Shown: positions 20,737 to 32,109 of the stretch, one piece after another
How the letters are laid out: each line of letters starts with the position of its first letter
Position numbering within the stretch: the first letter of the stretch is position 1
From: Deltaproteobacteria bacterium
GTDB lineage: Bacteria > Myxococcota_A > Polyangia > Polyangiales > Houyiibacteriaceae
Direction: 5' to 3'
Assembly: GCA_034670305.1 (NCBI GenBank)
Contig: JAXMNT010000008.1
Location: 64,001 to 128,000, forward strand
Length of the DNA stretch: 64,000 bases
Program-made: the position numbers and the translations under genes
Notes under the pieces: model-generated
The model's input: only the letters and a program-made list of their open reading frames with translations
Told to the model about the DNA's origin: nothing
Databases searched by the model: none

Positions 20737-20924
20737 CCGTCCCACGGATGGTCCCAACCATCTTCATTCGTCGAGAAGCGCGTCCGCGGTGTGTTCTCGC
20801 GCAGCCCGGATCGGAGGACTTCGGCAAACGCTTGTTCGAGCGCGGGGTCGGCGACGACCTCCGAGAGTTCTTCGACTCGGACGCGATCCTACGCGCAGCC
20901 CGGCGCGCGTGATAGACACCGGGC

Positions 20925-21619
20925 ATGCCGTGGCGTTGGATGAAGCTGCGCGACGCCAAAGTGCTCGCGCGATGTGACGATGCAGGAGAGTTGCGCGTGG
21001 ACAAAGGGCGGGTGGAGATCCGCTACAGCGCCAACGACGGCAAGGCGTACCAAGCCTCCAAGGGCAACCTCAAAGCGTCGGGCGATCCAACCATCTTCGA
21101 GGACGAATTCTGCGCGGCCGCCAAGAAGGTCGGCCCGCCCAAGACGAAGTCGAAGTCGAAGTCGGCCAAAGCGTCTGGGCCCACGCCGAACAAGCCGAGC
21201 GCGGACGAAGTGCTCGTGTACTGCGACGGAGCGTGCAGCGGCAACCCAGGCCCCGCCGGCCTCGGCGTCGTGATGCTCTGGGACGACCACCGCAAAGAAC
21301 TCAGTGAGTTCCTCGGACACGGCACGAACAACATCGCAGAACTCACCGCGATTCTCCGCGCCGTCGAAGGCGCCCCGCCGGGTCGCCGGATCGAGCTCTA
21401 CACGGACTCCACGTACTCGATCGGCGTGCTCACCAAAGGGTGGAAGGCCAAGGCGAACAAGACGCTCATCACGGACATCAGGAACGCGTTGAAGGTCCAC
21501 GGCAAGGTCGCGCTCCACCATGTGAAGGGACACGCGGGCGTGGAGTTGAACGAAGTGGCCGATGGGCTCGCCGTCGCGGCGGTCGAAGCGCGGGCCACCG
21601 CAGGCTGGAACGAAGTCGC

Positions 21620-21623
<4 letters not shown>
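20925..21623 (+). CDS. rnhA: Ribonuclease HI with extra N-terminal domain
   Basis: YCDGACSGNPGPAG, TNNIAEL, YTDSTY, VKGHAG..NEVADGLA. Confidence 0.9.
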
Positions 21624-23146
<1,523 letters not shown>

Positions 23147-23204
23147 GGGCCGGGGCGAAATCGGGCGGCACGGAGGGGCGGCGATCTTGTAAACTCGCGC
23201 GCAG

Positions 23205-24752
23205 ATGCTTCGGATCGACTTTTACGTACAGCACCTCGTCCGTCACAACGCACTGGGCATCGACCTGGTGTCTGGGCAGGCGGTGAAGTTCATCTTCGAC
23301 ACCGGGGAGCGGCAGTCCAACAAGCCGATCGACCACGGGCAGGTGGCCCAGTTGGTCCAGGAGGCGGCGCCGCCGATGGCGCTCGAGGCGTTGCGGCTCA
23401 GTGGCAAGGCGGAGTTCTTCCACAAGTCCGAGGCCGGCATGGACGTGCAGGTCAGTCTCGAAGCACCGACGCCGGGGACGTGGGTCGTCAAGCTGCGGCC
23501 GGCCAGTGGGGGCGCGTCGATGGGACGCGCGAGTCTGCCCGAGCCGATGTCCCCCACGCCACGCGCACCCGCCGCCGCCGCAGCGGCCGTCGCCGCCGTC
23601 GCCGCTGCACCTGCAGCCCCTGCCGCAAGTGCCGCACCGCAGATCCAACTGGGCGCCGACGAACCGCGGATCAACTACTACCTCCGGCTGATGAAGCAGC
23701 TCGGCGCCTCGGACTTGCATCTGTGCAGCGAGTCGCCCCCGCTCGCGCGCATCGACGGCTCGATGAAGCCGCTCGAGGAAGGCCGCGCGCCGCTCTCTTC
23801 GGACGAACTGCGCGCACTGATCATGGAGATCACGCCGCCGAAGAACCGCCAAGAGTTCGACGACTGCATGGACACCGACTTCGCACACACCATCGAAGGC
23901 GTGTGTCGCTTCCGCGCCAACGTGTTCATGGACCGCAAAGGCGTGGGTGGCGTCTTCCGGCAGATCCCCTTCGAGCTCCTCAGTGTCCAGCAGATCGGTT
24001 TGCCGGAGAAGGTGCTCGACCTGTGCTGGTTGTCCAAGGGACTCGTGCTCGTCACAGGGCCGACCGGCTCGGGCAAGAGCACGACGCTGGCCACGCTGAT
24101 CGACTTCATCAACGACAACCGAGACGATCACATCATCACGATCGAAGACCCGATCGAGTTCGTGCACACGAACAAACGTTGCCTGGTGAACCAGCGCGAG
24201 ATCGGCACCCACACCAAGGGCTTCAAGGCCGCGTTGCGCGCCGCGCTGCGTGAAGACCCCGACATCGTACTCGTCGGTGAGATGCGCGACCTCGAGACGA
24301 TCGCCATCGCGATCGAGACCGCAGAGACCGGCCACCTCGTGTTCGGCACGCTGCACACCACGAGCGCGCCAAGCACCGTCGACCGGATCATCGATCAGTT
24401 CCCGCCCGACCAGCAGGAGCAGATCCGCGTGATGCTGTCCGAATCGCTGCGCGGTGTCGTCGCCCAGGTGCTCTGCAAGAAGGAAGGTGGCGGACGGGTC
24501 GCGGCGTACGAAGTCCTCGTCGCCAACAGCGCGGTCGCCAACTTGATCCGAGAGGGCAAGACCTACCAGCTCAAGAGCGTCATGCAGACGGGCAAGAAGC
24601 TCGGCATGCAAACCATGAACGACGACCTGCTCAAGCACGTGCTCGCGGGGCGCGTCTCGGCCGAAGAGGCGTACATGAAGTCGAACGACAAGTCGCTCTT
24701 CAAGACCGCGCTCGCCCACAACAACATCAGCCTCTCGATCGTCGAAGACTGA
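23205..24752 (+). CDS. pilT: PilT/PilU-family ATPase with N-terminal extension
   Basis: GASDLHL, RFRANVF, GPTGSGKST, TIEDPIE, LREDPDIVLVGEMRD, GHLVFGTLHT, AVANLIRE, GMQTM. Confidence 0.9.
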   Translation: MLRIDFYVQHLVRHNALGIDLVSGQAVKFIFDTGERQSNKPIDHGQVAQLVQEAAPPMALEALRLSGKAEFFHKSEAGMDVQVSLEAPTPGTWVVKLRPASGGASMGRASLPEPMSPTPRAPAAAAAAVAAVAAAPAAPAASAAPQIQLGADEPRINYYLRLMKQLGASDLHLCSESPPLARIDGSMKPLEEGRAPLSSDELRALIMEITPPKNRQEFDDCMDTDFAHTIEGVCRFRANVFMDRKGVGGVFRQIPFELLSVQQIGLPEKVLDLCWLSKGLVLVTGPTGSGKSTTLATLIDFINDNRDDHIITIEDPIEFVHTNKRCLVNQREIGTHTKGFKAALRAALREDPDIVLVGEMRDLETIAIAIETAETGHLVFGTLHTTSAPSTVDRIIDQFPPDQQEQIRVMLSESLRGVVAQVLCKKEGGGRVAAYEVLVANSAVANLIREGKTYQLKSVMQTGKKLGMQTMNDDLLKHVLAGRVSAEEAYMKSNDKSLFKTALAHNNISLSIVED

Positions 24753-24828
24753 ACGCGCCGCGCTGCCAGCGCTCTCCGACTCGGCATGAAAGGGCTGCTC
24801 GATCGATTGGCGGCTCCACCGCGCCGAA

Positions 24829-25737
24829 CTACTTCTGGCGGCGGAAGCAGTCCTGCACGATGTGCAGCCGTTTTCGCAGACTGGCGCTGTCGTCGATGAA
24901 ACGGGTGGTCACCGAATCGTGGTACCCGCTCGCGTCGGGCAACCGGTCGTCGAGCTCTCGGTAGAACTGGATGATCCGCCGCATGCCGATCTCGCGAACG
25001 TACTTGCCGACCATGCTGGCGATGCCGACGGGCAGATGGTGATCGTCGGCGCTCACTTCGAAGCGCACTTCTCCTTGCGTCGTTTGGTAGACGCTGGAGC
25101 GCGCTTGTTCTTCCTGGACCTTTACTTGGCCCAGCTGTGTGAACCGGGTGCCGTACGACTTGATGCCACCGATCTTGCCGCAGATCGCCAGCACCCTGCC
25201 CGCGGCCCGGTGGGCATCGACCAGCAGGTGTTCGAAGAGACGCAGATCGACGTCGAGTTTGTTGTGCCCGAGCGCAAGGTCCTCGTTCAGCGCTTTGGCG
25301 CACGCCAGCGACGTGCGGACTCGGGTGACACGCACCCCACCCTTCGCCAACCGCGCGAGCACGTCGCGGCCGTGCGCTGGGTCGCCGCCGTAGGTGGGCA
25401 GGCTCAAGGGTTCCGACCAACACTGCTGCGCCGTCGCATCGGTGGGACAGCGCGCCCGAAGGGAGAGCCGGCCGTCGATCGAGATCGCATCGAGCAGCTC
25501 GTCCGGGGTGGTCACCGGGCGGCCGAACGCGCGCTCCGCCAGCGCCAATGCCACCGACTCGATGCCGCCCATGCGCCCGAAGGCCCCCGTCTGCTTGCTG
25601 TCGCCCAGTCCGAGCGAGACGCCGAGCGCGCGCCACTTCGAGGCGTCGTACGCGTCCACCTCGATCGTCGCCGCGGTGGCCACGAGTGGCCCGAGCCGTG
25701 GCCCGAGGCCGTTCTCATCGATTCCGACGACGTACAT
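24829..25737 (-). CDS. Divergent ribonuclease HII-like protein
   Basis: VGIDENGLGPRLGPLV, GLGDSK, ADD..VGIASMVGKYVRE, SGY. Confidence 0.75.
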   Translation of the reverse strand: MYVVGIDENGLGPRLGPLVATAATIEVDAYDASKWRALGVSLGLGDSKQTGAFGRMGGIESVALALAERAFGRPVTTPDELLDAISIDGRLSLRARCPTDATAQQCWSEPLSLPTYGGDPAHGRDVLARLAKGGVRVTRVRTSLACAKALNEDLALGHNKLDVDLRLFEHLLVDAHRAAGRVLAICGKIGGIKSYGTRFTQLGQVKVQEEQARSSVYQTTQGEVRFEVSADDHHLPVGIASMVGKYVREIGMRRIIQFYRELDDRLPDASGYHDSVTTRFIDDSASLRKRLHIVQDCFRRQK

Positions 25738-25936
25738 GCCGGACCATAGCAGTGTGCACCGGCGGGCAACCCGGCGGGCACCGAGGGGTTCTTCGGGCAC
25801 CGCGGTGTTCACCCCACCCTGGGCGGCAAATGAGGGAACGTCTTTGCAACCACCCACCGCAGGCGTATCCTCGGGGGGTTCGATGAAGACACCTGCCGAA
25901 GGGGCGCGGCGAGGGGTGCACATCGGGGGCCTGGGA

Positions 25937-26659
25937 ATGGCCGCCAATGTGGTCCGCGAAGCGCTTCATACCATTGCCAACCGCGAGGTCGCGGTCCGGA
26001 TCATCACGCGCGCGCTGCACCACGCGCAGGAGCAGCAGATCCCCGCCGGTGGGCGTCGGCTCCGCATCTTCGTCGACCGACACCTCCGAACCGCCACCGC
26101 GTTCGTGCTCGACGAGGATTCGGCAGAGCAGCTGTTGGCCCAACTCCAGCCGCTGCTCGCGCGCATTCCGAGCATCGAGCCGGTCGAACGAAGCCGGGCG
26201 GCCAAAGAACTCGACGATCACGTCGGCGTCGCCGGCATCGCGAGTCTCGACGACGAGACCAGCGGCATCATCTTGAGCCGCCCGACCGAAGCCGCCCCCG
26301 TCGACCGCACCGTCCTGATCGCCTCCAAGACCGAAGCGCTGATGGAGCAGCTCGGCGCGGCCGTCTCGGGCGCCCCGCTCTTGCTGATCGACGACATCGT
26401 CACCCTCCTCGACCGGGTCAAAGAGAGCTTCGATCCACCCATCGTCATCGTCGATTGCAGCGCCCCCACGGTTCAGCCGACCACGCTCGCGACGATGGGC
26501 GAAGACCTCCCCGCCGGGGCCGAGGTGGTTCTGTGGGGTCCCGATCCGATCGACGAAGAGACCGCCCGCTCCCTCGTCGAGTCGCCCGACCGTTGGTACA
26601 GCTGCGAGCCCGACCTCCAGTCGTTGATCGCCCTGCTCGGCAAACTGCTCCACGTCTGA
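25937..26659 (+). CDS. Hypothetical protein, possible degenerate receiver-like C-terminal domain
   Basis: Codon pattern typical of real genes here; alternating beta/alpha C-terminal half (TVLIAS..PIVIVDC..VVLWG). Confidence 0.65.
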   Translation: MAANVVREALHTIANREVAVRIITRALHHAQEQQIPAGGRRLRIFVDRHLRTATAFVLDEDSAEQLLAQLQPLLARIPSIEPVERSRAAKELDDHVGVAGIASLDDETSGIILSRPTEAAPVDRTVLIASKTEALMEQLGAAVSGAPLLLIDDIVTLLDRVKESFDPPIVIVDCSAPTVQPTTLATMGEDLPAGAEVVLWGPDPIDEETARSLVESPDRWYSCEPDLQSLIALLGKLLHV

Positions 26660-26703
26660 CCGCCGAATCTGCGTTTCGCGCCGAGACCGACTAGGATGGG
26701 GTC

Positions 26704-27597
26704 ATGCCCACCGCCCGACACCGTGCTTCGTCCATCTGGCGCGCGCTGTCCCTCGGCGTCTTGCTCGGGGGCCTGATGTGCGGCTGCGGCGGGCAAGCGC
26801 CGAGCGGCGAGACCGTCTCGCACGGCGACAGCGCGGGGGGCTGGCTCGAACACGGCGCGGTCCTGGCGAACGAAGGACCTGGCTTCGTCCGCGCCCGTCC
26901 CACCGACCCCACCCGCTTTGGACTCCCGCGCCTCGTGCAGCTGATCGAGGTCGCGTCCGCCAGCGTGCTCGAGGTCTACCCGGACTCGGCGCCGCTGCGG
27001 GTCGGTGATCTCTCCGCGCCCCTCGGCGGCCGCCACCACCGCCACCGCAGCCACCGCAGCGGCCGAGACGTGGACCTCATCCTGTACGCGACGGACTTGC
27101 AGGGCGAGAGCGTGCGGGGTCGCGGCTGGGTCGCGTACGACCGCCATGGTGTGGGCGTCGAGCCAACCGACCGAGGTGGTCGCGTGCTTCTCTTCGACGA
27201 TGCGCGGAACTGGCATCTGGTGCGCACGCTGCTGCTCGACGAAGAAGCGCAAGTGCAGTGGATCTTCATCTCGCGTGGACTCAAGGCGCGGCTTTTGCGC
27301 TACGCGGCCGCGCACGAGCCGAACCCGGAAGCGCTCTTCCGCGCGGCCTGGGCGCTGCACCAACCGACCCGGGGCAACCCGCACGCGGACCACTTCCACG
27401 TCCGCATCGCCTGCGGAGCCACGCAGCGCGCGCTGGATTGCCGGGACCGCGGACCGATGTGGAGTTGGTGGCGGGACGCCGTCGTCAAGCGGGACGCCTA
27501 CGCACCGCTGGACGACCAGAGCCTGCTGGCCCAGCTGCTCGCCGACGCGGACGCCGACGCAGACGATGCGGCCGGGGTCGAAGCGGCCTCGAACTGA
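26704..27597 (+). CDS. mepA: Penicillin-insensitive murein endopeptidase (MepA-like) lipoprotein
   Basis: VGDLSAPLGG..HRSHRSGRDVD and HADHFHVRI motifs; Cys-containing signal. Confidence 0.85.
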   Translation: MPTARHRASSIWRALSLGVLLGGLMCGCGGQAPSGETVSHGDSAGGWLEHGAVLANEGPGFVRARPTDPTRFGLPRLVQLIEVASASVLEVYPDSAPLRVGDLSAPLGGRHHRHRSHRSGRDVDLILYATDLQGESVRGRGWVAYDRHGVGVEPTDRGGRVLLFDDARNWHLVRTLLLDEEAQVQWIFISRGLKARLLRYAAAHEPNPEALFRAAWALHQPTRGNPHADHFHVRIACGATQRALDCRDRGPMWSWWRDAVVKRDAYAPLDDQSLLAQLLADADADADDAAGVEAASN

Positions 27598-27666
27598 CCC
27601 CTCGCCCCCGGTGGCGCACGCCGCCCGCTTGCACCCACCCATGGAAGGTCTACGTTCGCCCGCCTC

Positions 27667-28659
27667 ATGGCACGACGAGACACGGACCCCAACACCGACG
27701 CGGTTGAACGCGCCTGGGACCTCTTGACCGCGGGCGATCTCGAGGGGGCCCTCGAAGCCGGGCAAGCGGCCAGCGAACGGCTTGATTCACCAGAGGGCCA
27801 ACACGTCTTCGGCCACGTCCTGACCGCCGTCGGCCGACTCGAAGAAGCGCTGGAGCTTCACCGCGCCGCATTGGAACTCGACCCGTCCTACCTCGACGCG
27901 ATGTTGAGTGCGTCGGACGTGCTCATGCGTCTCGGCCGGTTCGACGACGCCGCCGAGGTCGTGGAAGAAGCGCTTGAACTCGTCGAGACCGAAGACGAAC
28001 GCGCGGACGTGCTCCTGCTCCTCATCGACGCCACGTTGGGCTCCGGCCACATGGAACGCGCGCGCAGTCTCGTGGCCTCCTTGCCCGAGGGGCCGCTCGA
28101 GTCGCCGCAGCTCGACTTCTTGATGGGCCGTGCCCGGTTCGATGTCGGTGACGTCGAGGGTGCGGCGATGCCCATCGAACAAGCATCGAAGCAGCTGCCG
28201 CACGACGCGGAGGTCTTCTACTACTTGGGGCTCGTGCGCGAAGCGCTGGGCGATCTCATCGGCTCCGCCGCCGCCTTCCTCGAGTGCCGCCAACTCGACA
28301 TGCGCGCGCCGCGCTTGCCGTTCTCCATCCTGCCGCAACGCTTCGAACGCGAGGTGCAGTCGGTCCTCGGCGAGCTCGCGCCGGAGCAGCGCAGCCAGCT
28401 CGACGGAGTGCTCGTCCTCGTCGACGACCTCCCCGGCGCCGAAGCGGTGAGCGAAGGACTGGACCCCCGGCTCCCCGCCCTCTTCGACGAGGTCGAACTC
28501 GACGACGGCATCGTCCTGCGGCGGCTCTTCGTCTACCAGCGGAACGTCGAACGCCTGCTCCCGCGGTCCGACGAGATGTCCGCCACGCTCGTCACTGTGC
28601 TGACCGAGATCTTGATGGCCGCGTCTCTTCGCAAGACGAACGCGGCGCTCGACGCCTAG
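27667..28659 (+). CDS. TPR protein with degenerate minimal-zincin-like C-terminal domain
   Basis: TPR helices (ALELDPSYLDA, AEVFYYLGLV); LFVYQRNVER segment but no HEXXH. Confidence 0.75.
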   Translation: MARRDTDPNTDAVERAWDLLTAGDLEGALEAGQAASERLDSPEGQHVFGHVLTAVGRLEEALELHRAALELDPSYLDAMLSASDVLMRLGRFDDAAEVVEEALELVETEDERADVLLLLIDATLGSGHMERARSLVASLPEGPLESPQLDFLMGRARFDVGDVEGAAMPIEQASKQLPHDAEVFYYLGLVREALGDLIGSAAAFLECRQLDMRAPRLPFSILPQRFEREVQSVLGELAPEQRSQLDGVLVLVDDLPGAEAVSEGLDPRLPALFDEVELDDGIVLRRLFVYQRNVERLLPRSDEMSATLVTVLTEILMAASLRKTNAALDA

Positions 28660-29387
28660 GCGTCGGGCGGGCCTGCGGGCGCCAGGGTCGCGTCGAGCGG
28701 CGGGCCACCGAGACCTGCCCACACGTCGAGGAACTCCGCCGGAGGCGGCTCCACGAGCGCGAGTTCGTCGCCATCGACCCGCGGCAGGCGCAGCTTCCAG
28801 CAGTGCAGCATCACCCGCCGGGCGGTGACGACGCGCCCGTTGTCGCGCACGAGGCGTTTGGACCCGCCGTACATCACGTCCCCGACGATCGGCACGCCGA
28901 GGTTCGAGGCGTGCACGCGCAGCTGGTGGGTCCGGCCGGTCTCGGGAAACCACTCGACCAGACGGACGGCGCCCGCGTCCGCGCGCACCCGCCAACGGGA
29001 CGCAGACAACCGCTCGCCTTTGCCCTCGGCCGCCACCCTGCGCTTCGGGTTCGCGGGATCGATCGAGATCGGCATCTCGCACCGCCCCTCAGCCGCCAGC
29101 GAACCCTCGCAGAGGGAGAGGTACGATCGGTGGTACGTCCCGTCCTTGCGGGCGGCGAGCAGACGGTGGGTCGCTTCGGCGGTGCGCGCAAACGTGACGA
29201 GCCCAGTGACCTCTGCGTCCAACCGAGAGGTCGGGTGCAACCGAGGCGCGGTCGGATCGAGCGCCTTCACCATCTGCGCGAGGGACCGTCCTTCGCCCGG
29301 GGACGTCGTCGGCAGGAAGGCCGGTTTGCTGACCACGAGCAGATGGTCGTCGCGGTGCCGAACCTCGATCGGCCCCACCTCCCTCAC
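28656..29387 (-). CDS. RluA-family pseudouridine synthase
   Basis: LVVSKPA, SRLDAEVTGL, ETGRTHQLRVH, PIVGDVMYG, MLH; GTGA overlap with the upstream gene. Confidence 0.9.
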   Translation of the reverse strand: MREVGPIEVRHRDDHLLVVSKPAFLPTTSPGEGRSLAQMVKALDPTAPRLHPTSRLDAEVTGLVTFARTAEATHRLLAARKDGTYHRSYLSLCEGSLAAEGRCEMPISIDPANPKRRVAAEGKGERLSASRWRVRADAGAVRLVEWFPETGRTHQLRVHASNLGVPIVGDVMYGGSKRLVRDNGRVVTARRVMLHCWKLRLPRVDGDELALVEPPPAEFLDVWAGLGGPPLDATLAPAGPPDA

Positions 29388-32101
29388 CGAGGGTCGCACC
29401 CGGGGCGGGCCTCGCCGGCCACCGCCGTCGCCCGTTTCACGAGCCGCACCTCGCCGCGGTCTCCGTCGACCACGACCTCGTCCCCCGTGCGCAAGATCCG
29501 GGTGCCGTACTTCACGTTCACCACCGCCGGCACGCCGTACTCTCGGAGCACGATGCTGGCGTGGGAGAGTGGTCCGCCGAGATCGGTCACGACCGCCGCC
29601 GCGGTCAAGAAGAGCGGCGCCCAGCCGACGTCGGCGCAGCTCGACACCAACACCTCGCCCGGCTGCACATCCGAGACGTCGTTGGGTCGTTCGATGAGCC
29701 GCACGAGCCCACGGACCCGGCCACCGCTCGCCGCGAGCCCCCGCAGCAGATCCGGATCGTCGCTGGGCGGCATCGCGGACTCGGCAGGCGGTGGGTACCC
29801 CACGAACGTGTCCGGCGGGTCTGGGAGCCGCCGGTCCCGATCGGTTTGCGTGCGTCGCTGGCGGACGCGGGTGGCCACGCTTCCTCCGTGGCGCAACAGG
29901 CCGTGGAGTTCGTCGAGGCTCAGGTAGAAGCCCGCGTCGTCTCCCGCCTCGGGCTCCGAGAGCGCGATCCGACGCGACGCGTCGAGGGCGACCACTCGGA
30001 ACATGCCGAGCACCTCGGTGACGTATCCCCGCAAGCGCTCCCGAAGCCGCGTGAAGCGCTGCACCATCGCCAACACGTGACGCAGCGCGGTCCGACCCGG
30101 CCGTGGCACCCGACGCGCGACTTCCGCTTCGGCGGCTTCGCGCACCGCGAGCTGACGTCGTTCGAGTTCCAGCGGCGTGACGGTGCTCGTGGACTGCAAA
30201 TGCAGCCGCAAGGTCGTCAGTGGAAGCGATGGGTCCTCGCGCCACCGGGGCACCGCCACCTCGGCTTCCCCAGCCCCGCGGTGGCCGTGCGTGTGAAGGA
30301 ACGTCTCGAGCGCACGCCGGGTGGGCCCGTCGGGCAAGTCTTCGACCCGCCGAACCGCGCCATGAAGCAACGCGTCGCTGGCGGCCGGTTCGGCGCGCGC
30401 CATCTCCGCGATGTACCAGAGACGAATGCCGGGCACCGCGCTGTCGAGATCCGCCAAACCGGTCAGCAGATCCCGCTGCAGCGTGTCCGCGCGGTCCCTC
30501 GCGAACAGACGCAGCGCGCCGACGAGCACCACGGCACTCGAGAGCAAGTTGCCGTACGCGGTCAGCATGATCGCACCCGACTCGTCGAGCAGGTGCTCGA
30601 CGTCGGTCAACATCCGATCGAGCGCCGTGCTCGAGAGCACTTGCGGGTCCACGCTGAGCCGCCGACGCTCGGCGGCGAACGTCGCCTCGAACGTCTCGAG
30701 CCGCGCGCTCATCTGGTAGTTCTCGCGGGCGAAGCGCGACGCGGTCACCGGGAGCCGCGCAAGAAACTTCAGCGGACTTCGTCGCTCGACGTCGGACTCG
30801 AGCCGCTCCACCTCGCCGCCGCCTCCGAGCGCGAGAATGGTGCGGGGCGTGAGTCCCGGGATCTGCGAAAGGATCCCCATGAACTCACTCATGTTGAGGT
30901 AGATGCGCCCGCGGAAACATCCGACGAGCTCCGCCTCTTTCGGCACCGTGCAGCCGAGCGACCCGAACGCGCGACGGAATCCCAGATCACTGAACCCACT
31001 GAGGATCGACCAGGTCAGCGGCGTCGCCACGCCCGGCAGCGCTTCGCCCACGTTCACGTTCGACCAAACGATGCGCGACCGCTCGAGCGGATCCGAACGC
31101 TTCTGTTTCCAACGCCGAGTTCCTGGTTGAAGCGCGGTGGTCACCGGCCGCGCTTGGAGCACGTAGAGCGTCTCTCCGGTGAAGGCCCACTCCACGTCGT
31201 GCGGTCCGTGCAGCACCTGCTCGACCCGAAGTGCCATCTCCACCAGCGCCGCCGTCTGGTCTTCGTTCAAAGCGAGGTGGCTGCGTTCGGACTCCGAGAC
31301 GGCCTCCCGGCGGAGTCCCCCGTCTCGATCCACCACCATCCGGCACTCTTTGGAGCCGAGGACGCGATCTCGGGGCGCACGGGTCGCTTTGTCGATGCGC
31401 AACGTGTCGGGAGAGACCGTGCCGTCGACCACGCTGCTCCCCAGCCCAAACGCGGCGTTGATCACGACTTCGCCCGCGTCTCCAGTGAGTGGGTTGACGG
31501 TGAAGAGCACCCCCGCGATGTCGGCCGGCACCATGGCCTGAAGCACCACCCCCACCGAAGGCGTGCTCCAGGTCCCATCGTTGACCCGCAGCCGATCGGC
31601 GTCGGGACGCAAGCGCCGCAGGTACGTCAGGACGGGCGGCGTGAACGCACTCGCCCAGCATGTGCGCACCGCGTCGAGCACCGCGTCTGCATCCCGCACG
31701 TTCAAGACGGTGGTGTGCAGCCCCGCCGCCGACGCTTGGCGCTGGTCTTCTTGGGTCGAAGAAGAACGGACGGCGATGCCGGAGGCACCCTCCCGGACCA
31801 GCGCCGCGAACGCGTCGCGGATCGCCCGCTCCAGCTCGGCGGGGAACGGCGCCGCCTGCAAGCGCGCACGAATGGCGTCGAGTCGCACTGGGTCCAGGTC
31901 CCGTGAGAGCAGCGCCGGAAGCTGGTCGTCCACGGGCAGTGCGGTCTGCACGAACGCGGCGAAACTGGTGGCCGGAACCGCATACGCAGCGGGCACTGGA
32001 AACCCGGCACGGCACAACGCGGCCAGTCCGCGTGCCTTGCCGCCGTACAGCCCGGAGCGTCGGGGGAGCAGGGTCTCGATCCGGCGCACTTCGCGGGGCA
32101 T
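29384..32101 (-). CDS. PEP-synthase/rifampin-phosphotransferase-like dikinase (ATP-grasp, central domain, C-terminal phospho-His swivel)
   Basis: GGKARGL, AVRSSSTQED..SAAG, AGVLFTVNP, DVEWA..LQARPVT, NVGEALPG..TPL, GGPLSHASIVLREYGVPAVV. Confidence 0.88.
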   Translation of the reverse strand: MPREVRRIETLLPRRSGLYGGKARGLAALCRAGFPVPAAYAVPATSFAAFVQTALPVDDQLPALLSRDLDPVRLDAIRARLQAAPFPAELERAIRDAFAALVREGASGIAVRSSSTQEDQRQASAAGLHTTVLNVRDADAVLDAVRTCWASAFTPPVLTYLRRLRPDADRLRVNDGTWSTPSVGVVLQAMVPADIAGVLFTVNPLTGDAGEVVINAAFGLGSSVVDGTVSPDTLRIDKATRAPRDRVLGSKECRMVVDRDGGLRREAVSESERSHLALNEDQTAALVEMALRVEQVLHGPHDVEWAFTGETLYVLQARPVTTALQPGTRRWKQKRSDPLERSRIVWSNVNVGEALPGVATPLTWSILSGFSDLGFRRAFGSLGCTVPKEAELVGCFRGRIYLNMSEFMGILSQIPGLTPRTILALGGGGEVERLESDVERRSPLKFLARLPVTASRFARENYQMSARLETFEATFAAERRRLSVDPQVLSSTALDRMLTDVEHLLDESGAIMLTAYGNLLSSAVVLVGALRLFARDRADTLQRDLLTGLADLDSAVPGIRLWYIAEMARAEPAASDALLHGAVRRVEDLPDGPTRRALETFLHTHGHRGAGEAEVAVPRWREDPSLPLTTLRLHLQSTSTVTPLELERRQLAVREAAEAEVARRVPRPGRTALRHVLAMVQRFTRLRERLRGYVTEVLGMFRVVALDASRRIALSEPEAGDDAGFYLSLDELHGLLRHGGSVATRVRQRRTQTDRDRRLPDPPDTFVGYPPPAESAMPPSDDPDLLRGLAASGGRVRGLVRLIERPNDVSDVQPGEVLVSSCADVGWAPLFLTAAAVVTDLGGPLSHASIVLREYGVPAVVNVKYGTRILRTGDEVVVDGDRGEVRLVKRATAVAGEARPGCDPR

Positions 32102-32109
32102 GAGAGAGT

